In this document: positions 12,900 to 25,311 of the stretch, piece by piece
Numbering within the stretch: the first letter of the stretch is position 1
Layout of the letters: each line of letters opens with the position of its first letter
Assembly: GCF_006345805.1 (NCBI RefSeq)
Contig: NC_043001.1
Location: 13,206,001-13,270,000 of the forward strand
Direction: 5' to 3'
DNA length: 64,000 nt
Source of the DNA: Octopus sinensis
Taxonomy: Eukaryota
Notes under the pieces: model-generated
Databases searched by the model: none
Seen by the model: the letters and a program-made list of their open reading frames with translations, nothing else
Told to the model about the DNA's origin: nothing
Translations under genes and position numbers: made by a program

Positions 12900-13534
12900 T
12901 AATTAATCAATATAGGGTGGCAAAAAAAATATTTTGTAGAATTTTTTTTTTTGCCACCAGCGGCCTAGTGGGAAAAAATTAAATAGTCATAGACCATTTT
13001 TAAGTTCAACATCAACAATCAAGAACTTAAAAATGTTGAACTTAAAAATGGTCTATGACTATTTAATTTTTTCCCACTAGGCCGCTGGTGGCAAAAAAAA
13101 AAAAAATTCTACAAAATATTTTTTTTGCCACCCTATATTGATTAATTATGAATTTTCTGGTTAATTCCGTAATGGAATCGACGGCTTATATTTATTTGCT
13201 GCCGATAAATTTGGCGCGAGTGCGATGATTTGAAAATTTTAGGTCAGATATTACCTTGGCAGGGTCGGAAATGCCTCGTGAAAATATCTGTTCCGACTTG
13301 TGGCTATTTCTTACTGAAGAATCTGAGGGCCTATGGAAGATTGGCCTGATTTAATTTAATCAGGTTAGTTTACCATTAAACAGCAGATGAAACGGTGCAT
13401 CGTATAAGAAATTACAGGGTAAATGTTTTTTTAAATTTTCTCCTGTTTACGGAATTGATTTTTATTTGCGGTTGAAGCTTTGGCTGTTATTTCTAGTGGG
13501 TGAATGGCCTATTATGGCCGTTCCTTGATTGTTG

Positions 13535-13536
<2 letters not shown>
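12895..13536 (+). mobile_element. Penelope-like pLTR or retrozyme-like unit (~502 bp) with 5' inverted arm, in a (TA)n tract
   Basis: Arm 12895-13012 is the reverse complement of 13033-13153. The unit contains a canonical hammerhead, and (TA)n lies on both flanks. Confidence 0.7.
13306..13412 (+). ncRNA. Type I hammerhead ribozyme, canonical core
   Basis: Stem I ATTTCTTA/TAAGAAAT (8 bp), core CTGAAGA (13314-13320), stem II ATCTG/CAGAT with a long hairpin insert, GAAA (13389-13392), stem III ACGGTGCATCGT. Predicted cleavage after GUA at 13404. Confidence 0.8.
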
Positions 13537-13567
<31 letters not shown>

Positions 13568-14260
13568 CAGAAAAGGCTGAGTTGTATTTCGTCCTTTACT
13601 TTTGGGGGTTCCAAAATTTAGATTTTTAATACAGATGCATCATATCAAATTGCCAGCTTTTTTAAATCATGAAAATGTTACAAGTATAAGATGTGTTATG
13701 AGCATTTATAGAACACGTCTCCTATATAAACTCAACATCTAATTAAATATGGTGAAATAAAGGTGTTAAAACTTTCATAAAATTTTAATCCATGCATACG
13801 ACCTTTTCAAGTGTTAATATTAACATGTAAGAAACATGGAAACAATCTTAAAACGTAATTTAATTATAATTATAGTTAAATTAATTACATTTTACCGTTT
13901 TCCTCAGTGAAAAAGAAGAATACATCAAAAATAATATATATGAGGAATATTATATTGTTACAAAAGACTAGATTGAATGAGAGTCATATAACATTGGGAT
14001 ATTCATAATATGATTATGAAAGATTATAAAATTATGCTTAGTTAGTGTTGAGTCTAGCTGTGTATGAACTATATGTGATGTGGCTAACGCATATTTGGAA
14101 ATATAAGTGAAAATGTTTTAAGATTCATTATCACCAGATGAAGATAAGTAATATAGTGATATACATTCCATATAAATCATTTATCAAAAGAAGTAAAATA
14201 TCATATATATATATATATATTATATATATATATATACATATGCACACACACATACACCTT

Positions 14261-14312
<52 letters not shown>

Positions 14313-14329
14313 GTAGTAGTAGTAGAAGT

Positions 14330-15450
14330 AGTAACAGAAAAGAGGAATTTCGGTTGTCGCCACGTGGTGAGTTGTAATGTATATAAGAAATTAAAAAAGG
14401 AAAATACGCACACTTACATGATTTTAATATAATTTTTAATATATCGACCGGTTTCGCTATCGCATTCACTAGAGATAATTTAGGTACCTTAAAAAGGAAG
14501 AGAGAGCTTTACATGTTGATATATTTACATGTTGATATGTGAACCTTAATTGGTTTCAATCTACTTTTAAACATTCGTAAAGGTACATATCTTGTATTAT
14601 TCGGCTGATTCAATCAACACCTCTACTCGTTTTTTTTTCCTATGCGGTCAGTGTTAACTTCAATGGACGAGTTACCAAATCTGCATACTTTCAATGAATG
14701 CTTAATATATTTGACGATGGTGTTTATAATAAATATTTCCTTCATTTTATGTGACAGAACCTGGGTAACATACTCATATGATCTTTCATTCATACCTAAT
14801 TGGTACAAGATTTAGTAATAATTCACAGTGAACGACAGAGAAAAGATAATTAGATAGTGAAAACACATTCCAGTAGATATTTGCAATCCATCCCGAAGTA
14901 AACTTTCAATTATAACATATGAAATGTACAAACGTAGTGTAAAGAATTTATTACCCAATCATAATATACCTTATAAAACTGTAGAAAGCAGCTAATTGGT
15001 CCTTAAAAAAGCTAATTGTGAAAACAGCTGATGTATACAGCCGCCGATATGATATTATTTATTGATGGGGTGATCATACATATATAGGCTTAACTGGAAA
15101 ATTATCCATGACCCACCATATTCCAATATATGCAGTGGATAATTTATAGATGCAACGAATGTACACTTCAATAATAAAATACAATTGATGAGCAATGGCA
15201 AACGCAGGAGCAATCCCCAAATAATTGTTAAACAAGCCACTGAGAATTGGAAATTGTAAAATAGTTCTTAACAATATATGCAAATTGTGTAGAGCGACAT
15301 GTTTTTAATTCAAAATCAGACGGTTGATCTTTAAATTGGACGTGGTTATTATACAATATTTTGGTGCGGAGAATTATCGAAACCTGCAGTATTTCAAGCA
15401 TGTTGTGCGATATAGAGGACATTAATTTAAATACTTTAATACAAATTGGC
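14330..15450 (-). mobile_element. Highly degenerate Penelope-like RT remnant with degenerate hammerhead at 14441-14478
   Basis: Weak RT-like fragments (NYFTI, GIAPAFAIAHQLY). Minus strand ATCT-CTAGTGA-ATGCGATAGC-GAAA-CCGG-TC-GAT. Confidence 0.4.
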
Positions 15451-15607
15451 CAGTATGTTCATTCGCTTTCCCTATGCGCATGTGCCCTTGTTACATACCT
15501 GACATTAACATAGTTAGACACGAAGTTACGTCGAGACCGCTTGTATTTTGTACGCTTTATACACACTGATAATGGCGAACCAAAACGAACATTATTGACA
15601 CATCATG

Positions 15608-16378
<771 letters not shown>

Positions 16379-17088
16379 ACAAAGCAGTCTCAATCTGCAG
16401 GACGAATGTGATGCGTTCAGAAGGGATGCTGTCATAGAATGTGTATTCTAGAAATAATTTTCACATTTTCCATCGGGATTTTTTCCCATTCCAAATGCAC
16501 CTCGCTATGACCAACCAATCTGAGGTTCACAGCGGCAAAGTAAAGGAGTTAGTCGACATCGATTCCAGTTATACGACTAGAATGATCGAAATATAGTTTT
16601 CTAAAGCATCTTTATCAATGTAGTCACGTGAACCGGTTCTGTGTTTGGGTCGCACATCAACTGAATGAAGGGAACAATTGTTTGTGGATGCATAATGAAT
16701 TACTTTTGAAGAGAATTGTGACGGACGAATCAAGATCGAATATAACAGTCATAAAAGCATATTTCCTTGTGGGAAATACAGCTTGACTCCTTTTGTATGA
16801 GTTTTTTTTTATCAATTTGCAATGACTTCGCAAAGTATATTTTTTTCCTTCGTGCTCAGTTAATTGCAATGGCTCCTCAAATCTCTACATGGATAATGTA
16901 TTTATTTCATACTAGATTTATGATGGCGTATTTATATTTGGAATTCTTTTTTTTTTATATTCCCTTAAACATTTTAAAATTGCTTTTTCATCGAACAATC
17001 AGGTATTTTTCAATAGTCCAAACAAACGCTACGCACAAATCAGTTATGGTGACTGCTACGTCACTAGAAAGCTTCTATGTCTACAACA

Positions 17089-17403
17089 GTGAGGGCGCGT
17101 GGCTTAGTGGTTAGGGCATTCGGCTCATGATCGTAAGGTTGTGAGTTCGATTCCCGGCGACGCGTTGTGTCCTTGAGCAAGACACTTTATTTCACGTTGC
17201 TCCAGTCCACTCAGCTGGCAAAAATGAGTTGTACTTGTATTTCAAAGGGTCAGCCTTGTCACTCTCTGTGTCACGCTGATTATCCCCGAGAACTACGTTA
17301 AGGGTACACGTGTCTGTGGAATGCTCAGCCATTTGCACGTTAATTTCACGAGCAAGCTGTTCCGTTGATCGCATCAGCTGGGACCCTCGGAGTCTTTTTA
17401 AGA
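17089..17403 (+). mobile_element. SINE family C (distinct tRNA head plus family-B 3' block)
   Basis: Head GAGGGCGCGTGGCTTAGTGGTTAGGG...GAGTTCGATTCCC. 12-bp TSD ATGTCTACAACA (17077-17088, 17404-17415). Confidence 0.92.
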
Positions 17404-17470
17404 ATGTCTACAACATTTGTTTATACTCTACTCCTTAAAATCTATTGTATAATCTCAATAATATATATAT

Positions 17471-17528
<58 letters not shown>

Positions 17529-18044
17529 ATATATATTGAAATAAGAAGAAAACACATTTGTTGAGAAGGTTAATATATTTCAATATAGCGTCAATGTCTC
17601 ACTGCTATCCAAAACAGTAAAAACACCGGTAAAATCATATAGTAAAAAAAAAATAGGTATTTTAGATGCTACATGTTGCTAAGGCCATAGGTGAATGTTT
17701 TACTGTACAACAGATATATATTTCTCATTTCGTAATGGGTTCCTCCGGGAATGCCCCCAAGATGTTTGAAGAGATATTCATGCACGAACGTCATACCATG
17801 CGCTATTAGTTTAGGATACATAGCAATGTTTTCAAAGTATGAGTGATAGTGAATAGCAATTTTATCAAAATCTAATTTTATAAAGATCACATTTATCGCA
17901 GATGTGTTTAGCGAGGTATTTTGCTGCCATTTCTAGCGACTGATGAATGATTATTTTCAAATGTCGGTCCTTTTTCCCCATTACGTGTCAGATAATTAAA
18001 ATTATACCACTGCAAATTGACTGTTATAAAACACATATCTACAT

Positions 18045-18435
18045 ACTCTCTTTTACTCTTTTACTTGTTTCAGTCATTTGACTGTGGCCATGCTGGAGCA
18101 CCGCCTTTAGTCGACCAAATCGACCCCGGGATTATTCTTTGTAAGCCCAGTACTTATTCTATCGGTCTCTTTTGCCGAACCGCTAAGTAACGGGGACGTA
18201 AACAGACCACAATGCTAGGGGGACAAACACAGACACACAAACACACACATACATATACATATATATACATATATACGACAGGCTTCTTTCAGTTTCTGTC
18301 TACGAAATCCACTCACAAGGCTTTGGTCGGCCCGAGGCTATAGTAGAAGACACTTGCCCAAGGTGCCACGCAGTGGGACTGAACCCGGAACCATGCGGTT
18401 GGTAAACAAGCTACTTACCACACAGCCACTCCTGC
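18045..18435 (-). mobile_element. SINE family A, near full length with 3' tail
   Basis: Full head and tail GGCGGTGCTCCAGCATGGCCACAGTCAAATGACTGAAACAAGTAAAAG on the minus strand. Confidence 0.92.
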
Positions 18436-19446
18436 ACAAGTATACACAATCGAACACGTAAACGCAGATGTCTTTGCCGTTAGAGAAAATGTAAGATTAA
18501 TATATCGACAAATGATGGTCAGCACCTATGTTCTGATAACACTTTATTATTTCAACCTAAATTTGAATAACAATGCACAACGAGCAGTTTATAATCCTTA
18601 AACAGAGAGAATAATAAGCTTATGATAAATCCAGCAATCCCAGCAGTATTCAATTATATGAAACGAATGTTTTCACTGTAGCAAATACGTAACTTTGTTT
18701 TTGTTGCTACACGCTGAACACACTATTTTGCAGCGTCTGTTAACTGCAACACAGGTGATGTCTTGTGAAATATTTACAATTCTTCAAGTAGTATTCTTTG
18801 GGGAAATTTAGAAAAGAACATTAACTATTTTGCGTTATACTTTGCTTTTATTTTCGACTGCTAAAGAAAGCCATGTTTTCATTAATTTTGTTTTTCCGGG
18901 GCAAGATGTCATTGCGTTAAGAATTGCAAAATAATTACACTATGCTATATCAACAATTAATCATTTTCGAAGCTGTATTAATGCTGATAGGCATTTCTCA
19001 TACGGTCAGTATTCTCAGGTGATTATTTACTTGAATATCACACATGTTTTCGAATTTAAATACCATTATAGCGCACTTTATATATTTCTGTTTTTGTCTT
19101 TTAAACTTCGCAAATTCATAAACGTAATCTGTAGTTCATTATAGCGAAAACAAAGTTGGAACTTTTTATAGTATTATTAAGATATCTTTCACTGAAATAA
19201 TTCAGGTATTCTTCATTGCGTCTGTTTAAAATTAAACATATTAATTACACTTTTACTTTTACAAAATATGTGATTAATCTCATGAATAGTGTGCACATTA
19301 ACGGAATGTGGCACCAAAGTATATAGCAGAATGTGCCGTAGTAATATCCCCCGAACGGAAACAAAAGAGACAATCTAGTGATCACTATTCTGTAACAGAA
19401 GGTCAAGACGAACCTGCTTACCACTACAAGTATGTTTGGCTTAATA

Positions 19447-19490
<44 letters not shown>

Positions 19491-19515
19491 ATATATATAT
19501 ATGTATGTATGTATG

Positions 19516-19584
<69 letters not shown>

Positions 19585-19766
19585 GTGGAATGTTCTACCA
19601 AAAAGGAAAACTATAATTGTCGTTATAAATGTGACTAGGGTATGACAAAACACACATTGCTAGGAATAAAAGTTAAAAAGCTCTAACGCTATCGTTAAAA
19701 CACATATTTGTATATATATGTACTGACAGGGTCTGTAATTGCCCAAAGCACTAGTAAGGAAATCTC

Positions 19767-19817
<51 letters not shown>

Positions 19818-19839
19818 TATATTATAGAGGGAGAGAGAG

Positions 19840-20190
19840 AGTCGTTTTATGTAACTTGACCATTTAACACACCCTACAACTATCATAATACCTACATTCC
19901 TTCTTATTCTCCCTTCTCTTTCTCCTTCTTTTTCTTCGTCGTCTTCATCACCGCAACCTCCTTCCTAACTTTAACACTATTGCTGTTTAGAATAACACCT
20001 ACTCAAATTTTATAAACAATATATTCAAAACAGATGTCTCAAGAATTCAATCATTACTACCGTCCAAACCGTGTCACTCTCAGGGCATATGACCATTTAA
20101 CATACTATTATCACGGCACTCCAGCATTCTTCTTTTCTTCTTCTTCTTCTTCTTCTTCTTCTTCTTCTTCTTCTTCTTCTTCTTCTTTTC

Positions 20191-20241
<51 letters not shown>

Positions 20242-20604
20242 CTTCTTCTCCTCCTCCTCCTCCTCCTCCTCCTTCTTCTTCTCTTCTTCTTCTTCTTGTT
20301 CTTCTTCCCTACCAAGAATTCACAACGACCTCGAACCCACAAGAGTAAACAAGAAAGACAGAGACAGGCAGAAACAAGGAAAATGCCCCTTGTATTTGTA
20401 TACTATGGGAATATTCTTTTTAAAACTTTTCTTTTAATTTTTCCAAAATTTAATTGTTTTCCATACTTACAGTTGAAAAAGTCTCAATGACTGAAACCGG
20501 TACTGAAATGTATTTTATAAAATTATTATAGCATTTTCTACATTGACTCTTTTCCATATATATCAACCCGTGTGTTCCTTTTCAACCTTCTACACACACA
20601 CGCG

Positions 20605-20652
<48 letters not shown>

Positions 20653-20730
20653 CAGAAGCTTGAAAAGAAACACAAAAGATGATATATATGGAAAAAAGTC
20701 AAGGTAGAAAATGGTAAAATAATTATACAT
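19840..20730 (+). mobile_element. Penelope-like pLTR region (family H3) with (TTC)n/(CTA)n/(CTC)n tracts and an inverted end copy
   Basis: 20344-20590 is homologous to 37311-37560, and 20030-20370 to 38450-38730. 20630-20730 is an inverted copy of 20517-20600. Confidence 0.7.
20470..20505 (+). ncRNA. Minimal type I hammerhead, U3-A8 variant
   Basis: CAG-TTGAAAA-AGTC-TCAAT-GACT-GAAA-CCGG-TA-CTG: stem I 3 bp, stem II 4 bp, palindromic stem III ACCGGT, GUA site. Confidence 0.7.
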
Positions 20731-20737
20731 TCATATA

Positions 20738-20838
<101 letters not shown>

Positions 20839-21475
20839 GAGATACGTTGTATCTCAAATATATAGAGAGTAAGACACTGTGTATGTCTTTATGAGTCTCC
20901 ATAGAAATTATATTATCGAAATATACATTTACAAAACAATTTTTGCTATGGAAGAACGGATTTAAAAATCGTTGAAATGTAATGAGAAAAAAAGAAACTC
21001 TAATGTATGATATTAAAATATTAGAAATAATTCATAAATAATTATTTCAGTTCCAAAAGTTTATGGATGCGCAAGTTTATGGATATACAAATTTTATTGT
21101 AATCTTCTATTTGGAGTAAAAATATTTTATGTAACATCGAGGTTTTATTTTGTCTAAAAATTACCCCTAGCAACAAAATGTTTTTTAATAACCCTACTGA
21201 GAACAATGTTATTGAATAACCTATCACATCACAAATACACCACGGATACATCTGCATACATACACTGACACGCGCACACATACACACACACACACTTACA
21301 CTTACACTCATATATACATTTACACACACTTACACTCATATATACATACATATATATATATATATACATGCATATATATATACATACATGCATATATATA
21401 TGCACATGCATATATATATATATACATATATATATATACATACATATATATACATATACATATATATATATATAT

Positions 21476-21513
<38 letters not shown>

Positions 21514-22599
21514 ATATATACATATACATATATATATATATGCACACACACACACACACATATATTATCTATATATACATATATGTATATATAGTGAGAG
21601 ACTGAGGGAGAGGTAAGGAGGTAGAGAGAGTGAGATAAAGTGAAGTGAGGGAGAGGGAGAGAGAGACCGACAGACAATGGCAGATATTTGGTATTTAGTT
21701 AGAAAGAGATTAAAATAGAAATGTTTCAAGTCAATTCAATCTATTTATGAACGAATAGTTTTATATTGTCGATTCGGTTTTGTATAAACACAACCTATGA
21801 TTTTAACGGACACATTTTAACTCTGATTTTAATAAGAACTTTTATTCAAATTGTTGTGCAAAAAGTTTCATTGCCTATGGATCTATATTTTAAATATATG
21901 TTGTAAAATTATATTACCAAATGTGTAGTTTATCACTTCTTTACTTTTTTTAATACTTTTTTAGTGATATCAAATTCGAAGTGAAAGTTTTATATTTATT
22001 TTATTTGACGTACTGATTCGTAATTGATTCACATATTTGTTTGTATATTTTTTAGTTTTCTTTTATTTAGTTCTGTATACCAACGAAATTTCTTATCTTA
22101 CTCTCATTTGCTTTTCATGACGCACTTTCAAAATTAATATTTATTGATTGAAATGATATTGTTTGGTGGTGGTGTTGGGGTGGAGACTAATGTTTTACAT
22201 ATATGATATAATACATCAAAGACGTACATAGACGTTCCACATGTAAAGGAACGGGTGTGTGACACGGAAAAGACAGAGGGAAGACTTCACTCTTTATCAT
22301 ATGAACAAATGCACGGGTAATACGAAAGATATCCTGGGGAAGGGAATGAAATATCGCCTGTTTTATTTAATAATGTGTGTATGATATGTTATAGTCTTAA
22401 AGTTTTGCAGTAGTTTCAGAATAAAAAGATGATGACAAAGAACAATGTTTCGGAAATAAATCATAACATTTTTGCTTCTTTTTAATTATGTATTTAATAT
22501 GAATATTGAGATAGTACAGCTATATCATAATGATATTTGTTAAATGAACTATCATAAAGTATTTCCCTGAAAATTCTACTGTTCGCCCCACTGCTACGA

Positions 22600-23560
22600 T
22601 ACGCTGTTTCAATTTGTCTGTTACTGTCCGAAATTCTTTCTCTTTGAATCAGTATCTTTTTTTCTCAACGGAAGATTTGTATCTTGTGTTTCCTAACTTA
22701 TTCAGTTTCCAGGCTTTATTTCAACTGACATCTATCTTGCCTTAAAATATTAACTTTATTTTATAATCTTCTTTTCCACATTTGCTATTTTAAAATAATC
22801 TTTCATCGTGAGGTATTTAATATTCTAGTGACTACTACCCCTTCCGCATAGATTAATAAGTTAGTATCTTCTATAAATAAGTTAGTGTCTTCTATATTTT
22901 TAGTACCTATCCTACTGATAACAGAATCTAATTTCCTAGTCATTTCTAGCAGCTTCCTTCTGTTGGTGTCTTTTAATGCTGGCAATGGTTTTCGTATTTT
23001 TTTACCAATTACTTACAGCAACTAATCTCAAACCTTTTCATCTTCCTCACTTAAATCGCTGGTGCCAGTTATCCATTTCATATTGGTAGCGCTTTTATTT
23101 TTTCCCTTTAGATTCTTTCGTTTGAGCTGTGTCTCTTATGTTGCTGTTTGTATTTTCCAATGCCTCGCTTTTCTGTCCCAGTTCTCTTGTGATCTCTTCG
23201 ACCTCCAATTCTGTCATGCACTTTGTTCTCCTAATAGCATTAGTTTGATCATCCTCTAATCTCTGCTCAGTCACTTTATACATACCCTTCTCTACCCAAT
23301 GTGTTAACAGCCGCTTTCTTTATAGCTCCTTTTAGGTTCACTTTCTAAGTAGCACTGCATCACTATCCTGTTTTCGTCGCTGGTCCGCTTCTTCCTCCTT
23401 ACTCTATTATCTGCCGATACTGTATTAGGATAGCAGCTGTGGTCACTCTGCAGTTTTACAGAACCATTGCCGAGCGAGAGGTATTCCCCTAAAATGACCA
23501 GCTTAATGTTCGCTGTTTCAATCAGAATTTCTTCGGAAACTCCTGTCTCTCATAAACTGA
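22600..23560 (-). mobile_element. R4/Dong-like non-LTR retrotransposon, N-terminal ORF remnant
   Basis: Minus-strand fragments RKKRTSDENRIVMQCYLESEPKR, MYKVTEQRLEDDQ...TELEVEEI, NRRKLLEMTRKLDSVI...EDTNLLIYAEGVVVT. These resemble R4/Dong N-termini from recall. Confidence 0.65.
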
Positions 23561-24432
23561 GGTTAGGTAAATTTTGTCCCCAACCTTCATCACCGCTATT
23601 ATTTTTCGACATTTGATAATTTCAAGCAACTTTCTATTGCATCATTTGTCACACATTTGTGCTGATGAGGTAGTTTGTGCTGCATCTTTTGAGGGTGTAT
23701 ATTGTATTGTATGAATATGTTTTATTATGGGGTTTTGTTTGAGTCTTCTGTTGTATTAGGTTTTGTATTGTGTGTTGTATTCTTCTGTCGGGTATCGACC
23801 TTTTATGGCACATGTAGTGCGCTTTGTTCAATTTGTTGTGTACGGTATGAGTTTATTCCTGTGTTATTCGTAGAGTATTGCATAGTAGCGTGTGTAAATC
23901 ATGATTCAACTATTTCGTAGTACTTATGGCTATATGTCCACGCTTCTTTCTCATTTGGTTTCTTTTGTTATGGGCCGTGTGTCCTTTTTACAGCATTTAC
24001 TTGTTTAACTGAATATCGCCCATGGACGTGTGTTGATATTTCTTTCGCAGTTATATTTATTACTGATGTATCAGCGAAAGACCGAGGAGAAGCAGCAATG
24101 TGCATATATATAAAGTTCTCGTAGAAATATGAATGTATAAGTAATTAAGATTTAAAATTCAATAATTTTACTCGCGGATTTGCAGTTTTCGTATAGAAAT
24201 GTTGCAATGTTTAGCTTTTTACGCACATGTTGCAGGAAAGTGCATCTGGGAAAAGCTATTTCTTGGATATATAGACTTCATACAAGACAAAATCTTTCAG
24301 TTTCCTATGAAGATTTACATTAAATCATTCTTGCCTTCCATTGTTTCATTGTTTTTGTGGATTCTTAATTCCTGCTCCGTGATGGTTTCAGATCTGATCT
24401 ATCTTCCCGGCAGCTCATTGACACTCGTCCAT

Positions 24433-24605
24433 ACTGTATGCATGTATGTATGTATGTATGTATGTATGTATGTATGTATGTATGTATGTATGTATGTATG
24501 TATGTATGTACATGTATGTATGTATGTATGTATGTATGTATGTATGTATGTATGTATGTACGAATGTATAGATGGATGGATGTATGCATGTATTATTATT
24601 ATTAA

Positions 24606-24648
<43 letters not shown>
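24433..24648. repeat. (TATG)n followed by (TTA)n
   Basis: Seen directly. Confidence 0.95.
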
Positions 24649-25202
24649 GAGTGAGAAAGCAGTGCATGCCATCAAAGTGACACTGGGGTAAAATATACGA
24701 AGCCCGGTATACCTATCATGACTACCCGTCTGATAAGGGTACACCAGGCACATGCATCACAACCATATGTGTGCTACATGGTGAACACATATCAAGATAA
24801 ACAGTACATGACCTTGCAAGTGGGGCCCAGTTAGAATGTTCTTCTAGTCGAGTAGCCCATTCCGCTCAAAAGGTCCCTGAATAAGGATTGTTTAAGGATG
24901 TTGAACGAAACACCCATGTTTCCAGAGGTGAATTATCCTAACCTCTAAGAATTCCTTTTAACAGATGGCTATGACGCTCTCCCACTACTTCTGCTTGTGA
25001 TCAGAGATGCACATATTGCCAGCCACTAAGGGACATGCTCAACTGATTAAGGTCAAACAACTGACAAGCAAATCTGTGGTAATGAGCAGAATATTTGCTG
25101 TAGTCCATCTTTTATACCAAGACAAAACAATGTACATGATAGCACTTCCAATCAGTTAAGATCAGCAGCCACGAGAGCCACTGTCTGGTAATGCATCAGG
25201 GC
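24649..25202 (-). mobile_element. ~550-bp non-coding interspersed repeat embedded in TAA/TTA arrays
   Basis: An internally deleted second copy lies at 35726-35905, also next to (TAT)n. The minus strand ends CTCACTC-(AAT)n. Confidence 0.7.
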
Positions 25203-25204
25203 AT

Positions 25205-25311
<107 letters not shown>

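Noticed and set aside
16500-16640. CCAAT (about 16515) and GTCACGTG E-box (about 16623) as a possible GPCR promoter
   Set aside because: Short motifs like these are expected by chance, and there is no transcript or exon evidence.
17089-17165. tRNA-like A/B boxes at SINE heads (also 2315, 29622, 39155)
   Set aside because: They continue into SINE bodies with TSDs, and I could not fold a complete cloverleaf, so they are not called as tRNA genes.
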